Source: Octopus sinensis (taxonomy: Eukaryota). From it: DNA of 64,000 nt. Shown in pieces: positions 40,152-53,285 of this stretch. The translations under genes were made by a program, and so were the position numbers. The stretch covers positions 137,144,001 to 137,208,000 of the forward strand of contig NC_043000.1 of the NCBI RefSeq assembly GCF_006345805.1. Reading direction: 5' to 3'. Within the stretch, counting starts at the first letter, position 1. Every line of letters starts with the position of its first letter. The notes beneath the pieces are model-generated. The model was given only the letters and a program-made list of their open reading frames with translations. It searched no databases and was not told the DNA's origin.

Positions 40152-40720
40152 TCTTATAAAGCCGAAACCGTCGATGGTACACTGTCGACCATTTAAGGTC
40201 GCTGTCAATATGTATGTATACGATTATGTACGTTGATTGCAGCATCAGAGCACATTAGCTCTTATTTCTAGCATTGCAGGTACTCTAATATCCTCTGTCA
40301 TATTTAATGATAATTATAGTTTTCCCCTTTGGTGATACATTGTTAAACAACTGCTTAATTTAATTATTTGTATACACATTAGCGATTCGCTAAATTATCC
40401 ATAGATTTCTATGGAGTAAAACATATATACTGCTGGCGATCTTGTCCGGAAACTGGAGAGGTGTGCCGATCCTACCGATAAGGTTTCGATCTTAAGCCGA
40501 AACCGTCAACGGTACAGGAATATCACGGTGTCACTTTCAGCTGTCTACAATCGCTGTCAGTATGTATGCATACTATTAAGTGCATTGACTGCAATATCGG
40601 AACGCTTTAACTCTTATTTCTAGTATTACAGGTGTTCTAACACCATCTGTCGTATTTAATGGCAATTATAGTTTTCCTTTTGGTGATATATTGCTAAACA
40701 GCTGCCTAATTTAATTATAT
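40152..40720 (+). repeat. Diverged tandem duplication, ~335-350-nt unit, with decayed HHR-like core
   Basis: AAGCCGAAACCGTC at 40159 and 40494; the downstream ~210 nt align at roughly 80% by eye; TACCG-ATAA-GGTTT..AAGCC-GAAAC-CG-TC-AACGGTA at 40473-40514. Confidence 0.6.
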
Positions 40721-41299
40721 ATATGCGTGTGTGTGTAGCTTATTGTTCGTTTGCGTGGGAACTTTGAATATGAAGTGATCAAACGAAGAGAAATTATTTA
40801 GATTTTACAGAAACATGTCGTAGGTGTCACTTCAAAAGGAACTTTGTGTTGCGAGAGAAATTATTTTTAAAATCGTAGACTCATCGTAGATGCGCGCTAA
40901 TACCCTGAAAGGCTCGATATGAATCACGACTATAAGATACCCGGTTTTGGTTAAACTGCACCGCAAAATGTGAGAGTAGTTAGGAATCTAAATCGTAGGA
41001 GACAGACACACAACTTGACTTTTATATATAAAGATATAAACGTTACTAAAAATATTAAGAGAATGGAGATACGAAAATGGATCGGATGTGCCAAAAAAAA
41101 AAAAGAAAAAAATAGGGGACAAAATTACAGACTCACGAATAGAATCTTGTATTAGAATCTAAAAGACAAACGATGGATAGCTGCAAATTTCGATATAGAT
41201 AAAAACAAATATAAATATTGGTAAAATAGTGAAGACTACTAAAAATTATGGGAGTCTTAGTGCGTTTGTGAAACAGAGACGGTATGCGGGAAAGATCTG

Positions 41300-41750
41300 T
41301 ATACATACATATGTATGTTTGCATATATGTGTGTATGTATGTAAGTCTGTGTATGTATGAATGTATGTATGTGTGTATGTATGTATGCATGTGTATGTAT
41401 GTGTATGTATGTATATATGCATGTATGTATATATGAATGAATGTATGTATGTATGTATATATGAATGAATGTATGTATGTATGTATATATGAATGAATGT
41501 ATGTATGTATATATGAATGAATGTATGTATGTATGTATATATGAATGAATGTATGTATGTATATATGAATGAATGTATGTATGTATGTATGTATATATGA
41601 ATGAATGTATGTATGTATGTATGTATATATGAATGAATGTATGTATGTATGAATGTATGTATGTATGTATGTGTATGTATGTATATATGAATGAATGTAT
41701 GTATGAATGAATGTATGTATGTATGTATGTGTGTATGTATGTATCTATCT
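41300..41750. repeat. (ATGT)n-derived minisatellite, ~20-32-bp units ending ATATATGAATGA
   Basis: Direct reading; about ten units. Confidence 0.9.
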
Positions 41751-41824
41751 ATCTCGATTATATTTATGATTATATGTACCTGTCTACCTGCCTGTCTGTA
41801 TCTCTCATTTTCTCCCTCTCAATT

Positions 41825-41870
<46 letters not shown>

Positions 41871-43020
41871 CATACATACAGACACACACATACAGACAGA
41901 CACACCTACATTCGCATAGGCGCATACGTACTTACATACATATATGCGTATGTGTGTACACATATACATAAATAAATACATGTATATATATATATATATG
42001 TATTTATGGATGTCTAAGTACAAAACAAATAATGAAATAAAAACGCCGAGACATGCGAAAAGAATCAAATATAGGTGAATAAAGATTAACAACACTAAAA
42101 AGAGGGAAATGCGTACATTGCTTTAGAGTGAATAAAACACCAGAAAGAAACGAAGGCAAATAACAGAGAGTGAAAGGCTATTATGAGGATGCGACAGAAG
42201 TGAGGACCAAAGAAGACACAAAATCGCAGTTAAGATTATATTAAATGCCGTATAGCTTGATTACCGAAAAGTTCAGTATGTGAAAGCTTATTTAAAGCTT
42301 AAAAACATAAGATGAGCTTTTAGACTTCGGGCTATATTCACAGATATTTTTAGCAAGTCGTTCAATGATAAATCTTAAAATGGTTCCAGTAAGTAAGTAG
42401 TAAGTATGTATGTATGTATGTATGTATGTATGTATGTATATATGTATGTATGTCATTATTCAGTTTTATTTCAAGATTTCTTGCCAATAGAGAAAGAGCT
42501 GGTTTCTAACCTAGATCCAAGGCTCCTTCATTGGAATCTCAACACCAACAGTGTATTTTTCTATATATATGTGCCAATTTGTATGTTTTGTTTTACGTAT
42601 GTATTCTCCGTAACATCTAAACATGTATATATATATATATATATATATACTTAAATGATAAACTTCTGGAAAGTTTTACAGATTTTTACAGTTCCAGTGA
42701 TGGACTGAATCTGTAGTCTTTGAATCAGCTTTCTCCTTTCTGGTTTTGAGAAGCCTAATTTCTTAAGATTGGTATGTAGCCTGGATTTTATTTACTCCTT
42801 TCCCTAATTTTGCATTTATTATTCGCATACACAGCAACCCCACTTGCTAACCGTGAATTATAATATAACTTCTTCGGCTTATCGAATTTCGATATGGGAA
42901 AAATTTACAACCTTCTAGATCAATAGACTACTATTGTTCCAGAAAGTTGTGTTTTTATACCTTCTACGGACAGCTCGATGCTTACTAGCTTTCTATACCT
43001 TGATCCTTACCTTTAGACAG

Positions 43021-43111
<91 letters not shown>

Positions 43112-43436
43112 AGCCATTTGATTGCGGGCATACTGGAGCACTGCCTTTAGTCAAGCAAATCGACTCCAGGACTTATTCTATCGGTCTATTTTGCCGAACC
43201 GCACCAGCATCGGTTGTCAAGCGATGTTGGAGAGACAAACACAGACACACAAACATACATATATATATATACACGACAGGCTTCTTTCAGTTTCCGTCTA
43301 CCAAATCCATTCACAAGGCTTTGGTCGGTCCGAGGTTATAGTAGAAGACACTTGCCCAAGGCGTCACCTAGTGGGACTGAACCCGGAACCATGTGGTTGG
43401 TAAGCAAGCTACTTACCACACAACCACTCCTGCGCC
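43112..43436 (-). mobile_element. SINE family B with internal deletions
   Basis: Reverse complement; two blocks missing. Confidence 0.85.
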
Positions 43437-43757
43437 AATATATATATATAAAACGCATCTTTATTCACGGAGTGAGGATTTTGTTTAGCCACTGGTTAAG
43501 GTGAAATATGATAAAAACACGTTCCAACCGTGACCATCTTCCCACTGCATTATATATCATGCCTAAGACGTAGATAATATCTCACGCTGTTTAAGACAGT
43601 AGGGTCTCGTTGAAAGGTATTTCGTTAACAGGACCACATAGGCCCTCCACTGTTAGCTCAGTGAAGATTATTTCAAAGTTCAGCGAATGGAGCTGAAATG
43701 TATGGCTATGATAGACATTCGTATAAATGGAAAGATTTATGTATGCATAGTTTAATG

Positions 43758-44008
43758 CAGTGGTTCTCAACTGGGGTGAAGATGACCTTTTGGGGCTCCA
43801 TATAAGATTTAAATGTTAAACTTTATGTACAATAAATAGTTATACTTCTACAAGAAAATACTCAAATTTTTTTGCACAATTCCTGATAATATTTAATTAT
43901 AAGAATATATCAGAATTCTTTTAAACATTGGAAGGGTATGAGGATCCACCCGAGTAAAATAGGGGATCAAAGAAGGTCTATAGGCAAAATAATGTTTGAG
44001 AACCACTG
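43758..44008. mobile_element. hAT-type MITE, 251 bp
   Basis: TIRs CAGTGGTTCTCAA / TTGAGAACCACTG; 8-bp TSD GTTTAATG / GTTTAATA. Confidence 0.85.
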
Positions 44009-44214
44009 GTTTAATAGACTCTCAATTAAACTACTACTACTACTACTACATGGTTTCTCGTCCTTCGAGAAATAAGAGTCAAATTTCCCTCAAGCCACTC
44101 TTTACCGTCTTAGAAAATATTTCTAATGCCGGATTGGAAAATCTAGTATGAGACACATGTGGCCAACCCAAAAGACAGATTAGTCATACTTGGAACCGAC
44201 ATGCTGCTGCTATT

Positions 44215-44605
44215 ACTATTAATCCTCCTCCTCCTCCGCCTCATCTCCTCCTGCTTCTTCTGTTCCAACACCCTTCCTCCTCCTCCTACTAATCCTCTGC
44301 TTCTCCTCCTGCTCCAACACCATTCCTCCTCCTCCTCCTCCTAATCTCCTCCTGCCCCAACACCCTTCCTCTTCCTACTAATCTCCTCCTGCTCCAACAC
44401 CATTCCACCTCCTCCTACTACTAATATCCTCCTGCCCCAACACCCTTCCTTTTCCTACTAATCTCCTCCAGCTCCAATACCCTACCTCCTCCTCCTCCTG
44501 CTCCAATACCCTTTCCCCTCCTCCTTTTACTACTACTGCGCTGCTGTTATTACTACTAATTTTAATTCTTCTTCTTCCTATTCTTCTTCTTCTTCTTCTT
44601 CTTCC
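44215..44605. repeat. Pyrimidine-rich minisatellite, ~40-bp unit CTACTAATCTCCTCCTGC(T/C)CCAACACCCTTCCT
   Basis: About six to seven diverged units. Confidence 0.85.
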
Positions 44606-45217
44606 TCTATGCACGTATAATATGCACACGCACGCCCGTATGATATGTCTCATGCGTTGCCCCCATTTCTGTTTGTAATTCCTTTTTTTATTTATTTATT
44701 GTTTCAGGAATGTCTCCAATTTGTTAAATAGACGGAAATTTCATTAATGCATATAAACGGATATTCACACAAACGACATTCAGATTCGCCTCAATTGCTG
44801 CTAACCTCTTCGTTAACAGTTGTACTAGATGGATTATTACATCAACGGCATCTAACAACATCCGGCGTGATTCAACCAACGGTTCTTCTACTAATCATCA
44901 TTTCGAAAACAAAGGCTAAAAATCTAAAGGAAAGTATATACTAGCACAGAGAGAGAAAGAAAGAAAAAAGAACGAATAATGATATGAGAAATAGCCTAAA
45001 ACATTAAAGTCTGTTGAACTTAGCAATAACTAATCCTTCTTAATTCGTTTCTAGACTGTATGTCCACTGTTGCTTCATCCATTTTGATTCTTCTGGATTA
45101 ATCCAAAACATTTGCTTCACCAGACTCCGTGGCCCGATCAGTTCATAATGGTTTATTTTTCTAGTTGCTTTAGATTCTTGCATTAATAACTTCTAAGTCT
45201 CAAACCTTTACCCTTAC

Positions 45218-45278
<61 letters not shown>

Positions 45279-45713
45279 CGTCTTTTCATCTGTTTCTCTC
45301 TTTCTCCTTTTCTTTCTCTCTCCATTTCATGCGCAAACCCATATATTTCATTTCTGTTTCTATACTCTCCTTATCTTTCTTTTTGACTTTCTCCATCACA
45401 CTAACATACACTTCTTGCACATAGGCATGTACGTGCGCGCTTACAAACGAAAGGTTTTTAGCAATATTTCTCTCATTCTCTAACCTACTTTCTTTTTTTT
45501 CCTTTCTTTATCTTTCTGTCTTCTTCTACAACAACCCCTTAATCTCAGTTTTAACCACTTTCATCCTTCACGCTTACATTTGGGATTTTCTACTTCTCTT
45601 TAACATGCACACATACATACATGCACTCACGCACACGCATCAGCATTCACATATATTCACATGTATTTATTTCATGATTTTCTTTCGAATCATTGATGGA
45701 GGTTTTACTTAAA

Positions 45714-45850
45714 GCATAGGCAACCTTTTTTTGAGAAGCAGATCGCATGAGACAGGATTTATCATCAGGCGGGATTTGCTACAAAAAAAAAAAAAAAAAA
45801 TTTCGTTTTGGCGTGCCATCAAAAAATTCCGTGGGCCGCAAGTTGCCGAT
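45714..45850. mobile_element. Decayed hAT-like MITE fragment
   Basis: TAGGCAACCTTTT... and ...GGGCCGCAAGTTGCCGA ends. Confidence 0.4.
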
Positions 45851-46784
45851 TACTGCTTTATAGAGTCATTCGACCTAAAAGAAATAGCAACCAAATTTCC
45901 TCAGATTCCAACTTAAACGATTAAAACAGAAAAAGAAAAAAAACACATAGATATATTATAAAGAAATCGATATATGAAACTTCAGAGCGATCATAAGAGA
46001 AGCACAGTTGAGCTGACCTGAGGCTTAATAAAAACAACCTTTGAGTTTAGAACTATGATGATTCAACAAGCTTCAGCTTCTAATTAAATTATATATTCAC
46101 TCTATTTTATGTACTAAGTACATTCTCGTTCAACAGTTCCCCTCAGTTTGTCGATAGTATATAGTTTGTACCATAAACTTTATCTGTTACATATTCCTAT
46201 GATAAAATAAATGTCATGTAGTGTAAGATCCGGCGAACGTGGAAGCTATTCAACTGAAACGCTTCCTGTAGTTCACCAGTTTGGGAAAATCTCATTAGTG
46301 TGCAGACGCCCCATTTTGCTGTAAAGAAAACTCGACGTCTTCAAAACCCTCTTGAATGTTTGGTATGACAGATTGCTGCAGCAAGTTCAAGTAAATGGGC
46401 TCAGTCATAGTATCATAAAAGAAGAATGACCCAGTTAATCCTGTTGATGTCAATTCGACCCATACTGTAACTCCTATTAAATTAACATGTTGCTCCTATG
46501 TAATATGCGGAATCTCAGGTCCCCAATAAGAGCGACTGTGATGCTTAATTGAGTCATTCATATTAAATGTAAGCTCATTACGCGAAACTAAAAGGTTTTA
46601 GACTTATTTAGGAGAGGCAATTACAACTGTCTTAGATTACTGTATATTTAATATATCACTAACATGCATTTAACAAATTGACCTGCCAACATTTTTTCTA
46701 TTCCAGATTGAAGAAAATGGCTGTAAACTGCACTTTGAACATGCCTTACTAAACACTATATGTCACAACTGATTATTTTACAAA

Positions 46785-47725
46785 ATGGAGTCGGTATGTG
46801 AAGACAATTTAGAAGTTCGCTATGCAATGAAGGTTTGTGTTAAACTGGGAAAAGCCGCAGCAGAAACTTATAAAATGCTCCAGACGGTTTATGAATTAAC
46901 TTCTATGAGCCGAGCATTTGTTTTTCACTAACACAAAAGGTTCAAGGACGGTAAAGAGGAGGTGAAAGACGATGAAAGGTGTGGGAGGTAGAAAGGCGTC
47001 AGAACATCAGAGCTAGTTAAGAAAATTCGCAATTTTCTGGATGAAGACCATCGTGTGTCTTATAAAGACAATAAGGGTACAATTTAGATTTGGTGTGGGT
47101 ACTGTATACAGAAGTATTTATGAAGATTTGAATATGCACAAAATTTGTGCCAAGTTAGTTCCCAGGGCGCTTGGTAAACGAACAGAAAAAGAAAAAGACG
47201 CGTCGGTGTCAATAGGGAAATGGTTGAGCACCGTACCTGCTATCTAAGAGTACTTGAGGTCCTGATGGCCTGTGGTAAAAGCTTAATCTACTGTCATAAG
47301 CCAGAGACCAAGAGTACCCAATGGAAGCATCCTGACTCGTCCAGACCCAAGAAGGCCAGGTAAAGCAAGTCTAACGGGAAGCTAATGATGATCACCTTTT
47401 TCGATAACATGAGTATCAGCTACATCCACTGGACACCCTCTGGACAGACGGTCAACGAAGAGTATCTTGTGGAGTTTTCGAGAGATTTCAAGAAGAGATT
47501 GTGTAACCTTTGGCTAGTTAAAAAATTCTTCCACCCGGGTCGGTGGCACCTGCACCAGGACAATGCACCAGACCATAATTCCATCATGGTAACTAATTAC
47601 TCGACAGAGATGTGCCATCAAAATAGTCCCTACCGTTCACTGCAATCCTGACCGTGCTCCCTGTGATTTGGGTTGTAGCGCTGCAAAAAAATGCATTGAT
47701 GTCAGAAGTTTCTACTTTCAAGAAG
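46785..47725 (+). pseudogene. Mariner transposase relic
   Basis: MESVCEDNLEVRYAMKVCVKLGKAAAETYKMLQTVY...KRFKDGKEEVKDDERCGR; CAKLVPRAL (WVPxxL-like); WHLHQDNAPDH; decayed YSPDLAPCDF; stops and frameshifts. Confidence 0.9.
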
Positions 47726-48725
47726 AGTAGAGTTATGTACCTCTTTGAGATTAATAAACGTCATTCCTGAAACAGTCTCAGAACTTCTGGATATCAACCT
47801 TGTATCTTTGATAGGAATTCTGTATTTTTTACACAACTTGCCAAGGGCTATTTGTAAAATTCTCCTTGATTCGGATAGTCTTTGTTGAGAGCTTTGACTA
47901 TTCTTGGAATATTACTTTTCCAAAGACAGCACTTGAAAATGTGATGGACGCATGATTTTACAATTGTTATCTCACGCTTGCCGCACTTATTTTGTTGACC
48001 CGTGTCCATGGTTATTGCTTTCGGCAGTCATTGTCTTAAATGAAAGCGGGGAAAAAATTAACTAGTATGTGTATTTTCTTCTGGCTTGAAATTATAATTA
48101 CAATTTTTGAACTAGTCAAAGGTTACACATTTGATACAAGAAACTGGAATTAATATAATTCAATTTATTAGAAAAATGTGCTGCATAGTACATTATTTGG
48201 CATTTATAGATTAATGATAGAGAGTGTTTACATCTCAGAATGGAAATTAGTGTATTCTCTATTTGGAGTAATATTGCTTTATGAAAATGCGATATAACTT
48301 CGCAGCATGAGCTGCAGTGAGATTCAGATAATGTTCAAGGACAAAAACCAGAGAGAAGTATGTATCTGTAAACTTATGCAGTAAGTGACGGAGGTTGTAT
48401 GTAATACGAGTATTCACACACATTTCAATTATTGCTTAGCAACAATTTATTACATTTAGACAAATTTTGGCCGGGGAATGTGTCAAATAACCATAAGTAT
48501 CCAGCAAAAACTCATATTTTTCTACTGTTAAAACTGATGTCTTATGCTGATATTATTATCTATATTCAAGCAGAATCATTAAAGTCGCAGACAAAATTCC
48601 AAATGGAAAGCCTAGCACAGTCTTTTCTGTGCTGTAATTTAACTTTCTTTGCATCATGAGATGTAACAAGATACTGATACATATCTACTTGTTGCTCTCA
48701 AATTTTGGAACAAGGACTTGCAATT

Positions 48726-48763
<38 letters not shown>

Positions 48764-50099
48764 AAAGGAGAGAGAGAGTAAGTCGATTACATCAACCCCA
48801 GTGTTTAACTGGTACTTGTTTTATCGACCTCGGTAGGATGAAAGGCAAAGTCTAATTCAGCGGATTTTACGCTATTAACGTAAAGACAGACGAAATGCCG
48901 CTAAGCTTTCCATCCGGCGCGCTATCGATTCTGACGGCTTTCTGCCTTATGTGCTGACGTAATTATAACTATTTCATGGCAATGGATTTGCAGAACCTCT
49001 AGAGCTTCAGACAAAATGCCTTGTATTTGTTTATGTTGTTTATATTCTTACTTCAAATGCCACTGTGATCAAGTTTGTCTTTCATTCCTTCAGCGTTGAT
49101 AAAATAAAGGCTCATTCAGATTCTGAAATCAGTTATATCGGACAACCTCTATTCCAAAAGTTGTAGCTTTGAGCCTATGCTAAAAATAATACTTATTATT
49201 TATTTACTTATTTTTCATCCATACCCTACTGTTGAACAGCAGAATTAATTGCTAGGTCTTTCAACTATCAAGGGATGGATTTCTGGTACCAAGAACCGAG
49301 TAGTCGCTTATATCTAATCCCCAAGGAGACGAGCTGGCAGAAACGTTTGCGCGCCGGGCGAAATGCTTAGCGGTATTTGTCTGTCCTAGTTTGTCCTCTC
49401 TATGTTTAACCCTTTGTGGGCAGTAAAGAAATATATTTTATCAAAACCGGACAGATGAAAGGCAAAGGCAACTTCGGTAGGATTAGAACTTAGAACGCAA
49501 TGGACCGTAACTACCGAATGCATTTTAACTCACCCAACAGTAATTCTGCTAATCTGACACCCTAATTTTACATAAGAAACGGATATTTCTCATCATACAA
49601 ATACGTTTTCAGCGTAAAACTTTTCAGACTAATGGATGATATTAAATCATGATAGATATTTAATGTTATATAAATTGATTAGAGAATAAAAGAACTTTAT
49701 AACATAGATAACACAATTTTAACTTCTTAAGTGAAGGTACTGTCATATTTGCTACCGCCTACTTATTATCTGCGTGTGCCAGTATATATTTACATTTATA
49801 CATACCTACACAGATTCACGTATGCTACATATATACAAGCACATACATACATATAGAGATACATACGTGTGTGTGTGTGTGTGTGTACACACACACATGT
49901 ATATCAAAGCCATATTTACTTTGATATACATTTCTTTAGTCTCAAAGAAAGCAGTAGTCAAACATTCAGTAGAGTACAAGACTTCAAATGATAAATCAAA
50001 AACAAGAACAAAAGTCAGAAGATTAATTTCTTATAGATATAGACATATTTGAACGGCTCAATTTTCATATATTTGTATCAAGGTATGTTTGTGCGTAAG

Positions 50100-50770
50100 A
50101 CGGTGAGCTGGCAGAAACGTTAAGACGCCGGGACAAATGCTGCTTAGCGGTATTTTGTCTGCTGCTACGTTCTAAGTTCAAATTCCACCGAGGTCGACTT
50201 TGCTTTTCATCCTTTCGGGGTCGATAAATTAAGTACTAGTTACGTACTGGGTCGATGTAATTGACTTAATCCCTTTTTCTGTCCTTGTTAGTTCCCTCTG
50301 TGTTTAGCCCCTTGTGGGTTGTAAAGAAATAGGTATTTCGTCTGTCTTTACGTTCTGAGTTCAAATTCCGCCGAGGTCGACTTTGCCTTTCATCCTTTCG
50401 GGGTCGATAAATTAAGTACCAGTTACGCACTGGGGTCTATATAATCAACTTAATCCGTTTGTCTGTCCTTGTTTGTCCTCTGTGTTTAGCCCCTTGTGGG
50501 TAGAAAAGAAATAGGTATTTCGTCTGTCTTTACGTTCTGAGTTCAAATTCCGCCGAGGTCGACTTTGCCTTTCATCCTTTCGAGGTCGATGAATTAAGTA
50601 CCAGTTGCGTACTGGAGTCTATCTAATTGACAGGCCCCTTCCCTCCAAAATTTCGGGTCTTGTGCCAAGACTAAAAAAGATTTATTGTAAGGCGGTAAGC
50701 CGGCAGAAACGTTAGCACGCCGGGCGAAATGCATAGTAGTATTTTCAGGCTTTGTGCTTAGAGCAGAAAA
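50100..50770 (+). mobile_element. SINE family A, trimeric body plus extra head
   Basis: Body restarts at AAAGAAATA|GGTATTTCGTCTG near 50333 and 50515. Confidence 0.85.
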
Positions 50771-52359
50771 GAATGTGTATGTGTTTGTGTGTGTGTATAT
50801 ATATATATATATGAAATTACATAGATATGTATGCTTACTCTTCCTGGTGGAAATTTAAAAAAATAGTTTCATTGGCCATCTACTCAGTGACTAGGGTGTT
50901 AAGAAATTATGTAAAAACAGCGGGACTGGTTCGTTTTTCATTATCGTTTCCGCAGTTGAAGGGGCCTATCTGGTAGAATCGTTAGTACGTCAGGCAAAAG
51001 GCTTAGCCGTCATTAGGTTCTGAGTTCAAATTCCACCGAGATCGACTTTACCTTTCATCCTTCCGGGGGTCAATAAAATAAGTCCCAATTGATCACTATA
51101 GTCGATGTAATAAATTTGTCTCCTCTCCCGAAATTGCTGGCCTTGTACCAAAATTTGAAATCCATTATCGGTTTCGCAGTTATCAATCCTTTAAATTTTT
51201 CCTTTCTACTAGAGGTACAAGGCCTGAAATTTTAGGGGAGAGGGTTCGTCAGTTACATGGACCGCAGTGTTTTAGTGGTACTTATTTTATCGACCCTAAA
51301 ATGATGAAAAGCAAAGTCGACCTCGGTGAAATTGAGCTCAGGACGTGAAACCGGAAGAAAAGCCACTAATTATTTTGTCCGGTTTGCTTGCGTTTCATCC
51401 GGTTCACAGCTCCCTTAAAAAAAACCCAGTTCTTACAGAATTTTATTGATTCTGATACAGTGGCTTTGAGTTGTGAGGGAAACTTTTATATCAAGCCTGT
51501 CACAGTTATTCTGTTCGTGGGCCAAAAGCTTTTTCTGAATCCAGTTTTAAAGCACAATTATATTCTTTGATTCCTTTAGAGGAAACATTTTCTGTTGCAA
51601 GCAGTTGGGTCTGATCTCTGATCTAACAACTACTCCTTCCACCCCTCCTTTCTTCCCACGGATTTTAGATACCTTCATAAAGCTCATAGCGATATCCTTT
51701 CTTAATCATAATGCGCTCAAACACATACATTCTTTTTCTTTTTACCTTTTAGTCAAGACGAAAGACAGCACCCACAATCGCTTACAGAGCCTCCACAAAC
51801 ACACGCGCGCGCGCACATATACGTTATCTTTTACTTGTTTAAGTCATTGAGCTGCAATTATACTGGGTCCCGATTTGAATGAATTAATCGAACAAATCGA
51901 CTCCTGTATTTAATTCCTTTTAAAACCTGGTGCTTATCAGTGTCTTTTGCCTATCAGCAAAGTTTCAAGGATGTAAACAAACTAATACTGGTTGTCAAGT
52001 GGTGGTGGTGGTAGGAGGACAAACACAAACGCTAAGAGAAATACAAACAAAAAAATCGGTCGGTCAAGATACTACTCTAGAAGCTCCTATTCAAGGTGCC
52101 ACTGCGTGACACTGAACCTGAAATCATGTGGTTGGGAAGCAAACCTCTTATCACATGGCCACGCATACATATATACATACATACATACATACATACAAGT
52201 TTGTATGTACAATGTATATATAAATATATACATTTATATATATGTACATATGTGTTTATATATATATATATGTACATATATATATATATACATATATATA
52301 TAAATACACACATATGTAAACATGTATATTTATGTGTGAGTGTATATATATATATATTG

Positions 52360-53248
52360 CAGCAAAAATATTCAGAGTCGAATATTTACAAGATATTAAT
52401 ATTGTTATTTTTATCGAAGTCGATATACACAGTCCATAATAACATCAATATTAATATAGGTGGTTGCAGGCCTAAATTAGCGTTATATAGCTATAGAATT
52501 AAAATTATATTAAATAACGGACACCTGGAAGTATCTACCTGTTAGAAATAAGAGTTAAAACCCTCATTTGACCACAAAAAATTACACTGAAAATAACAAA
52601 TACAACAGTATACGGGCGAACCGAAAAAGAACTTTCACATATCATTATAGCATAAAACTATATATTTAATCGAACAGGTGTATATTCGCTCGCCCGTTTA
52701 CTGTTGTATTTGCTATTTTCAGTGTAACTTTTGGTGGTCTGATCGAGGGCTTTAACACTTATTTCTAGTGGGTAGAACTTCAATGCATCTTTTGATTAAT
52801 ATAATTTAAATTCTATAGCCAAAAAACGCTAATTTAGGCCTGCAACCACCTACATTGATATTGTTGTTATTATGAGCTATTTATATTGACTCCGATAATA
52901 ATGATATTCTGAATATTTTTGCTGTTGATTATTACTTTTCACACTGAGGCTTCTTCACATTTTGGCGCTAAGAAATTAAGGATACCTACAGATTTCAAAG
53001 TGGCGGACTGGGAAGGTGTTTTTAAGGGTTAAGGTAACAACCTGTATCAAACCAGAAACCGGTCTGCATATATACCTGTTCCATTAAATATATAGCTTTA
53101 TGCTGTAAAGGTATATGAAAGATTTTTTTTCGGTTTGCTCGCCCGTATACTGTTGTATCTGTTATTTACAGTGTAATTTTTGGTGGTCCACATGAGGGTT
53201 TTAACCCTTATTTCTAGCGGGTAGACACTTCAATGTGTCCTTTAATTA

Positions 53249-53252
<4 letters not shown>
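52360..53252 (+). mobile_element. Older retrozyme/Penelope-pLTR-like element: inverted copy (52360-52685) plus 449-nt-period tandem (52686-53252)
   Basis: GCTCGCCCGT recurs at 52688 and 53137; 52360-52620 is the diverged reverse complement of 52686-52924; GAAACCGGTC at 53055-53064; flanked by (TA)n. Confidence 0.65.

Positions 53253-53285
<33 letters not shown>

Noticed and set aside
47730-47930. Minus-strand open frame YSKNSQSSQQRLSESRRILQIALGKLCKKYRIPIKDTRL as a possible host exon
   Set aside because: No convincing splice acceptor, no recognisable domain, and it runs into the mariner end.
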